Source: Bacteroidales bacterium (GTDB lineage Bacteria > Bacteroidota > Bacteroidia > Bacteroidales > UBA10428). Taken from it: a stretch of DNA of 64,000 bases. The notes beneath the pieces are model-generated. The model did no database searches and was not told where the DNA came from. It worked only from the letters and a program-made list of their open reading frames with translations. The position numbers and the translations under genes were made by a program. Each line of letters opens with the position of its first letter. Position 1 is the stretch's first letter. Of the stretch, positions 58,645-64,000 are shown one piece after another. Where the stretch lies: the NCBI GenBank assembly GCA_016929525.1, contig JAFGIP010000048.1:4988-68987 (forward strand), in the 5' to 3' direction.

Positions 58645-59370
58645 ATGAATTATTGTTCTTACTGCGGCGTTGAATTAGACATCGAAATGGATACCTGCCC
58701 ACTTTGTGGTACTTCTGTAACAGAAGTAATAGCTGATGTAAGACAGCAGGAAAAGGAAATTGTTAAGTCGCTTAATGAAGGTCCGTCATCAGAAAAGAGT
58801 AGAATTACAAAAACACAAAAAAGAAAACTTTTTTGGGAGCTTTCAATGATAATCATGCTACTGGGCATTAGTGTTACATTTCTTATTGATTTGCTTACCA
58901 GTGGTAGGATGGGATGGTCAAAATATTCAGTGACAATTTGCTTTGTATTGGCTGTTAATATTAGCATTATACACTTCTGGAGAAATAGACTGATACTGTG
59001 CCTTGCCGGTAGTTATGTTTTACAGTCGTTACTACTCGTTTTATTTGATACATATGCTTTTAATATCGGTTGGGCAATGCAGCTTGGTATTCCTATGCTT
59101 GCCATTATTTATATAGCTATCCTGATTTTTATAGTTGTAATAAGATTTACCCGTGAACATGGTATTAATCTGATCGGGTATTTTTTTATAGCCTCTGGTA
59201 TTCTTTCTTTTGGAATTGAAGTTATTCTTGACAGGTATTTTAATGATTATATTAAGCCTGAGTGGAGTTTGTTTGTAATTATTTCAGTAGTTCCAATTGC
59301 GCTGATACTTTTATTTGTGCATTATCGACTAAATAAGGGAAAAGAGTTAAGGCGCATTTTTCATATTTAA
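58645..59370 (+). CDS. Zinc-ribbon-headed polytopic membrane protein (DUF6320-like)
   Basis: CSYCGVELDIEMDTCPLCG (CxxC-N10-CxxC), then about 6 TM helices. It starts 8 nt after the acyltransferase stop. Confidence 0.6.
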   Translation: MNYCSYCGVELDIEMDTCPLCGTSVTEVIADVRQQEKEIVKSLNEGPSSEKSRITKTQKRKLFWELSMIIMLLGISVTFLIDLLTSGRMGWSKYSVTICFVLAVNISIIHFWRNRLILCLAGSYVLQSLLLVLFDTYAFNIGWAMQLGIPMLAIIYIAILIFIVVIRFTREHGINLIGYFFIASGILSFGIEVILDRYFNDYIKPEWSLFVIISVVPIALILLFVHYRLNKGKELRRIFHI

Positions 59371-59384
59371 GTTTGAACATGAAA

Positions 59385-60038
59385 TCAATATAGTATAAGG
59401 AGTTCGGCCCATAAATCTCTTCCTAACACATAATACAATAAAAATGTAGCTATCCAGCCATGCGCTATTCCGAGGGCCCAGAGGTTTTTCCATTTCATAT
59501 AGACAATAATGAAAATAGCTTCCATAAAGAATGTAAAAATCATTAGAAAAAAGTTGGGGTAGTGGACTAAACAAAAAATAGTAGATGTAAGCAGTACTAT
59601 AACTGTTTTTGTCACGTTGATATTCATCAGACTACTAATATTGTGCGTGATTAATGCAAGCATCAGATATTGCTGAAAAATTCCCCATACAGGATATAGG
59701 CAAAGCACGGGCAAGATATGCCAGCTTAATATTATAGTATCGTTATATACACCATATACAAGTGTAACTATAATACTAACAATGATCAATGGAAGGAGAA
59801 TAACTATCGATTGTCTGAAGTATTCCCTTTTAAATCCCCAATAATTAAGAATTGCATTATCAGAGGAATAACGGTAATAAATATATGATACCCAGAAAAT
59901 ACAGATCCCAACTATATAGAAAGCTCTTATCTCCATATAATCCATAACGATGAATTTTAATATCCCGCTGATCAGAATAGCTAACAGTTCAAACCGCTGA
60001 TGTTTATTTGCATCCAAAAATAATGTATTTAATAGCAA
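59385..60038 (-). CDS. CPBP/Abi (type II CAAX protease)-like membrane protein; first catalytic motif reads QQ rather than EE
   Basis: PVWGIFQQYLM at the EExxxR position, FCLVHYPN (FxxxH) and GIAHGW. The track start is TTG, so the start is uncertain. Confidence 0.5.
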   Translation of the reverse strand: MLLNTLFLDANKHQRFELLAILISGILKFIVMDYMEIRAFYIVGICIFWVSYIYYRYSSDNAILNYWGFKREYFRQSIVILLPLIIVSIIVTLVYGVYNDTIILSWHILPVLCLYPVWGIFQQYLMLALITHNISSLMNINVTKTVIVLLTSTIFCLVHYPNFFLMIFTFFMEAIFIIVYMKWKNLWALGIAHGWIATFLLYYVLGRDLWAELLILY

Positions 60039-60160
60039 GAAGTGAGTTTATCAAAGATATGACGAAAAGGGAAGCGATTTGTTATTATTATATATTACCG
60101 GAATTAAATTATCCTGAGTCGATTTTCGGGAAAAGTAAGAAATAAAATGTGCTATATCTC

Positions 60161-61600
60161 CTATTCAATTAGAATTAACTTATGTATGTATTGTTTATTT
60201 TCATCTGTATATATAACCAAATGATAGCAACCAACATGCTGACCCGATAAATTAATCTCGTAATCATTCTTAGTAGATAAAATCAGAACGCCTAAAGAAT
60301 TATAAATTTCAATTCGGCTTATTTGAAATTTACTTAATATATAAACAATGTTACTGGAGGGGTTTGGAAATATTCGGACATCTGGACTCGGTGTGTTTCT
60401 GATACCCACGGGGATATTCATCGATCCCCTTACAAATCCATCTATTTTTGAACCTACAAGTTCCTGGTTATTGTTAAATGCCAATCCTAAAAAAGTAATT
60501 CCTTCAACGGTTGAAAATTTATAATCGTTGCCATAATAACCGTCTAATAAGCACACAACATTACATTCATCTTCAAAATATTCAAAACTACAATCAGTTG
60601 TTCCAGATTCACTAACTAGTGCGGTATCAGTATCGGAATATAAATATTTAACATTATTTATTAAATAAATTTCTTCGTAATATTCTGTTGCTTTTGATGT
60701 ATACCAGTTAGATGGTGTCAGAAAAAGAAATTCGAAATCATTCTTCCGATATGTATTTATAATATGTTTAACTTCAATAAATTGAGCGCTGATATCGTGT
60801 ACCTTCCGGAAAAACTCGTAAGTAACTGAATCATTATAAATTAAAGATGATGTCAAAGAATCTTTATAATAGTAAGTGACATAATCCATTATGTCGTAGT
60901 AACTGTGTTTCCATAATAGAATATCTCCTGCTGAAAGATGAAAATAATCTGAAAAACCGGGTAATTGAAAACCATGTTTTGCTGATTCGGAATTTATCCC
61001 GATTATATTGTAATAAGGAATTTCAGTTTCGGTCAAAGGCACTTCAAGAAAGAATTCAGTAAAAGGTATAAACTGAAGCAGGCCAAAATTTTTTGATAAG
61101 ATAAATTCAACATTACCATATGCTGCAGTTTCCAACGTAAATGTCTTTACAGAATCGGTTATACCAAAAACTTCACTCAGTGTTATATTTACACAAGAAC
61201 CACCTCGGTTAGTATTGGATGACAAATTCCATTCTTCTCCTGCTTTTGCCAATGGTTTAAATATAAAATCGTATGTCTGATCAGATATATTAAAATAGGA
61301 GATTACCGAATCTCCTGAATAGATTAAAGAGTCAATTTTGAATTCACCGGAGATTCCGTTCAACATAACCGGATTTTGCCAGTAGCACTCTTTTGAAGGG
61401 CCTGTATATCTGGTAAAAAAATGAATTTCTGATGTGTCGGTATTCAATAAAGAATCACAACGAAAAGAACGAATTTTCTGATCTTCATTTTCAATTATGT
61501 AATGATTTAATTGGTAAAACGGAAATAAATTCCAGTTTTGGGCGAAGGAATAACAAGTTAATATCCCTATAAAAAAAGTTAAGGTTAAGCGTATCATCAT
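60161..61600 (-). CDS. Secreted protein of unknown function with T9SS C-terminal sorting domain
   Basis: Signal peptide and the CTD RIFPNPSSNIVYIL...GCYHLVIY. Confidence 0.65.
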   Translation of the reverse strand: MMIRLTLTFFIGILTCYSFAQNWNLFPFYQLNHYIIENEDQKIRSFRCDSLLNTDTSEIHFFTRYTGPSKECYWQNPVMLNGISGEFKIDSLIYSGDSVISYFNISDQTYDFIFKPLAKAGEEWNLSSNTNRGGSCVNITLSEVFGITDSVKTFTLETAAYGNVEFILSKNFGLLQFIPFTEFFLEVPLTETEIPYYNIIGINSESAKHGFQLPGFSDYFHLSAGDILLWKHSYYDIMDYVTYYYKDSLTSSLIYNDSVTYEFFRKVHDISAQFIEVKHIINTYRKNDFEFLFLTPSNWYTSKATEYYEEIYLINNVKYLYSDTDTALVSESGTTDCSFEYFEDECNVVCLLDGYYGNDYKFSTVEGITFLGLAFNNNQELVGSKIDGFVRGSMNIPVGIRNTPSPDVRIFPNPSSNIVYILSKFQISRIEIYNSLGVLILSTKNDYEINLSGQHVGCYHLVIYTDENKQYIHKLILIE

Positions 61601-61697
61601 ATTATTGTTTATGTTTAATCACTACAGACAGATATTGGATCAGGTTAACAGAAGATGGGTTATACAACTAAAAAGTTGCGTAAGGAAACAGCATAGA

Positions 61698-61731
61698 GAA
61701 AAATTATAAAAGCCCCGCTTTTGGTGGGGCT
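61698..61731 (-). terminator. Rho-independent terminator of the small basic ORF
   Basis: On the minus strand: AGCCCCAC-CAAAA-GCGGGGCT followed by TTTATAATTTTT, 25 nt after the stop at 61756. Confidence 0.7.
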
Positions 61732-61755
61732 TATTCACTATTGTAATTTGTACAA

Positions 61756-61905
61756 CTACGCATTATTTGAGAATAATTTGGTGCGTGGTTTTCGCGAATG
61801 TGCAACCTCCTGTTGTTTTGCTTTTTTTGCCTGTCGCTTTTCTTTTAGCGACTTCAGGGGTGACTTTTTTAATTTCCCGTCGTGTAACTTTTTTTCATGC
61901 GACAT
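61756..61905 (-). CDS. Small basic protein (49 aa), LKEKRQAKKAK motif
   Basis: Hand translation gives MSHEKKLHDGKLKKSPLKSLKEKRQAKKAKQQEVAHSRKPRTKLFSNNA. It has its own terminator and a paralog-like motif at 10954..11073. Confidence 0.45.
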   Translation of the reverse strand: MSHEKKLHDGKLKKSPLKSLKEKRQAKKAKQQEVAHSRKPRTKLFSNNA

Positions 61906-62098
61906 AGCTATTTAGTATTAAGTTTAACATCAAAAAAAGCTCATTCCATAATACCATAAAATTACATTACGATCTGCATAAAATCAAAAATTATTAAACA
62001 GTTTTTAAGCACATAAGTTTAATTATGCTCACCGTAGTTAAAAACGTAAGCAGAGTTTTGTATATTTATTAATTATGGCAACTTAAATTCATTACGCC

Positions 62099-62917
62099 AT
62101 GTCAAAAAATAAACAAATTGAACCTGAAGTCAGCGACAAGCGAAAAATCGGAAATAAGTTTTATGAAAAGGAATTACACAAACTCCAGATTGAACTTGTA
62201 AAGCTACAGGAATGGATTCAGCATAAGGGGCTGAAAGTGGTAGTAATATTTGAAGGAAGAGATGCTGCCGGAAAGGGAGGAGTTATTAAACGTATCTCAC
62301 AGTGTCTGAATCCAAGAATATGCAGAGTAGTTGCTTTAGGAACTCCTACAGAGCGTGAAAAGAAGCAATGGTATTTTCAAAGATACGTTGCACATCTACC
62401 GGCTGCTGGTGAAATGGTTTTATTTGACCGTAGTTGGTATAATCGGGCAGGAGTGGAACACGTTATGGGTTTTTGCCTTGAGGAGGAATACCAGGAATTT
62501 ATGCGATCGTGTCCTGAATTTGAGCGTATGTTGCTTCGTTCAGGAATTATTCTTATTAAATACTGGTTTTCGGTTTCTGATGAAGAACAGGAAAATCGAT
62601 TCCGGGCACGTATTGATGATCCTACTAAGCGTTGGAAATTAAGCCCAATGGATATATTGTCGCGTGACAAATGGATCGATTATTCAAAGGCTAAAGATGA
62701 AATGTTTAAATATACAGATACCAAACAATCACCATGGTATGTTGTTCCTGCCGATAACAAGAAAAGGGCCAGGTTAAATTGTATACATCATTTGCTTCAA
62801 CAGATTGATTATAAAGAACTTTTCCGCGAAAAAATAAAACTAAAACCCAGAAAAAAAGGACATAAATATGTTAGGCCTCCTTTTTCTGAGCAAACCATAA
62901 TTCCTGAAATTTATTGA
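62099..62917 (+). CDS. ppk2: Polyphosphate kinase 2 (single-domain PPK2)
   Basis: Walker A FEGRDAAGKGG, then FDRSWYNRAGVE. Confidence 0.92.
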   Translation: MSKNKQIEPEVSDKRKIGNKFYEKELHKLQIELVKLQEWIQHKGLKVVVIFEGRDAAGKGGVIKRISQCLNPRICRVVALGTPTEREKKQWYFQRYVAHLPAAGEMVLFDRSWYNRAGVEHVMGFCLEEEYQEFMRSCPEFERMLLRSGIILIKYWFSVSDEEQENRFRARIDDPTKRWKLSPMDILSRDKWIDYSKAKDEMFKYTDTKQSPWYVVPADNKKRARLNCIHHLLQQIDYKELFREKIKLKPRKKGHKYVRPPFSEQTIIPEIY

Positions 62918-63134
62918 AATAAAAATATTTTTAATACTGGCATTTATTTCCGGGTTATTAATAGTCTAAATATTAGACTTTGTCACTAATAAATAATTCA
63001 TTATCAATAAATATTATAAATACTTGACAAAAGGCTGTTTGAGTTTGTAGTTTTATTTAGAATTTAACCGTAAGTAATTCAACTTATCATAGGCATAATT
63101 AAAGCTAACCCTTCATATCCGACTTTTTGTGAAC

Positions 63135-64000
63135 ATGAATAATATAAATACATTTAATATTAATTCGTTATTTGCATGTTTAATATTATTTTTTCCTGTC
63201 ATTCAATTAAATGGGCAGTATAATACTTCATTTTTACTTAAAAGTGATAGTCTCTCAGTTCCTGCAGCAAAAGCTACATATAGTTACACTCCGGGCAGTT
63301 TTACAGCAAGTTGGAATAGTGTTCAAAACGCTGATGGTTATTTGCTTGATCTGTCTGATAATTATTTTTTTAATGATAATACATCCGGGATTCTTATCCT
63401 TGAAAGATTTAGTCAATCAGAGCTACCGTGCGGCTGGAGTGGTAATATCCAGAGTGTTGGTATATATACAAGTCCTCCAAAGGGTGTATTGTTATACCGG
63501 CATTATGCCTTAAAATCTCAAAAATTTTCATTCATTAACCAGATTAGTTTTAATGTAAGATCAGAGAGTATAACAAATGCTCAGATATGCCTTAAATATA
63601 GGATAGCTGATAGCGTAACGCATATAATATCTTATTATAATGTTAATTCCTTCTTTCAGAATATAACAATAGATCTTTCGGATAATGGAATCAAAGATTT
63701 ATCTGATCTTCAGAATATTTCCTTTTTAATAAGTTCTGATGACGATAATTTATATATTGATGATTTCAAGGCATATACACCCCCTGGAGAATTTCCTAAC
63801 TTGACCGGATTTAAAAATCTTATTGTTAACGATACACTGCATGAGTTATCCGGTTTATTGGAATGTAAAAAGTACTATTACAGGGTAAGGGCATACACTG
63901 CAACTGATACAAGCGAGTATTCAAATATTATAGAAGTTGATATCAATAACAGTAATGTATGCATATCACCTAACAGTGATAAACCACATCGTGCATGCGA
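63135..64000 (+). CDS. Secreted protein with FN3-like modules (3'-partial; runs off the window)
   Basis: Hand translation from the ATG at 63135 is open to base 64000: MNNINTFNINSLFACLILFFPVIQLNGQ... with FTASWNSVQNADGYLLDLS and YYYRVRAYTATDTSEYSN. It is absent from the ORF track because no stop falls in the window. Confidence 0.7.
   Translation, partial: MNNINTFNINSLFACLILFFPVIQLNGQYNTSFLLKSDSLSVPAAKATYSYTPGSFTASWNSVQNADGYLLDLSDNYFFNDNTSGILILERFSQSELPCGWSGNIQSVGIYTSPPKGVLLYRHYALKSQKFSFINQISFNVRSESITNAQICLKYRIADSVTHIISYYNVNSFFQNITIDLSDNGIKDLSDLQNISFLISSDDDNLYIDDFKAYTPPGEFPNLTGFKNLIVNDTLHELSGLLECKKYYYRVRAYTATDTSEYSNIIEVDINNSNVCISPNSDKPHRAC

Noticed and set aside
63211-63513. 100-aa plus-strand ORF from the track
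   Set aside because: It is out of frame with, and fully contained in, the much longer open frame starting at 63135. That longer frame has a signal peptide and FN3-like motifs and runs to the window end.
1-64000. Search for CRISPR arrays, tRNA/rRNA genes, IS elements, integrases, toxin-antitoxin or restriction-modification genes
   Set aside because: I saw no spaced direct-repeat arrays, no GC-rich cloverleaf-like segments in intergenic DNA, and no transposase, recombinase, methyltransferase or nuclease signatures in any ORF translation. This was visual inspection only; tRNAscan-SE, Infernal and ISfinder would confirm it.

Overview
AT-rich chromosomal segment that looks like Bacteroidota. The evidence is six proteins ending in T9SS (Por) C-terminal sorting domains, propeller/Y_Y_Y hybrid sensors and SD-poor gene starts. 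I saw no rRNA, tRNA, CRISPR array, transposase, integrase or obvious defence system. The content is a mosaic of six themes. (1) Stress genes: three lmo0937-like mini membrane proteins, two CsbD-like proteins, two cold-shock proteins, SPFH, OsmC, PPK2 and crcB-DUF190. (2) Three cytoplasmic glycosyl-transfer clusters: PIG-L/GT4/GH100-like; GT4-(alpha/alpha)6 fusion/GH130/GT4; and TreT-like GT4/GH20-like. (3) A SusC/D-less beta-glucan locus with an HTCS, GH5 and GH16 T9SS cargo and a second propeller kinase. (4) A lexA-dinB-dnaE2-SRAP damage-tolerance operon. (5) A giant TPR-SpoIIE phosphatase divergent from a DUF1987 (SiaC-like) gene. (6) An HxxxD acyltransferase/zinc-ribbon membrane pair. The signals I rate highest were read directly from the DNA. 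First, a 39-nt bipartite promoter-like element with identical 18-nt spacing occurs four times, upstream of lmo0937-like genes, a B12-radical-SAM gene and a cupin gene. Second, at about 15.9 kb two 5'-truncated genes abut head to head. Third, three genes are disrupted by point lesions: an in-frame TAG, an in-frame TAA replacing a conserved Glu, and a 1-nt loss in a G run. Fourth, two unannotated small basic ORFs share an LKEKRxAKxAK motif. All functional calls rest on motif-level recognition of the translated ORFs. No database search was possible.
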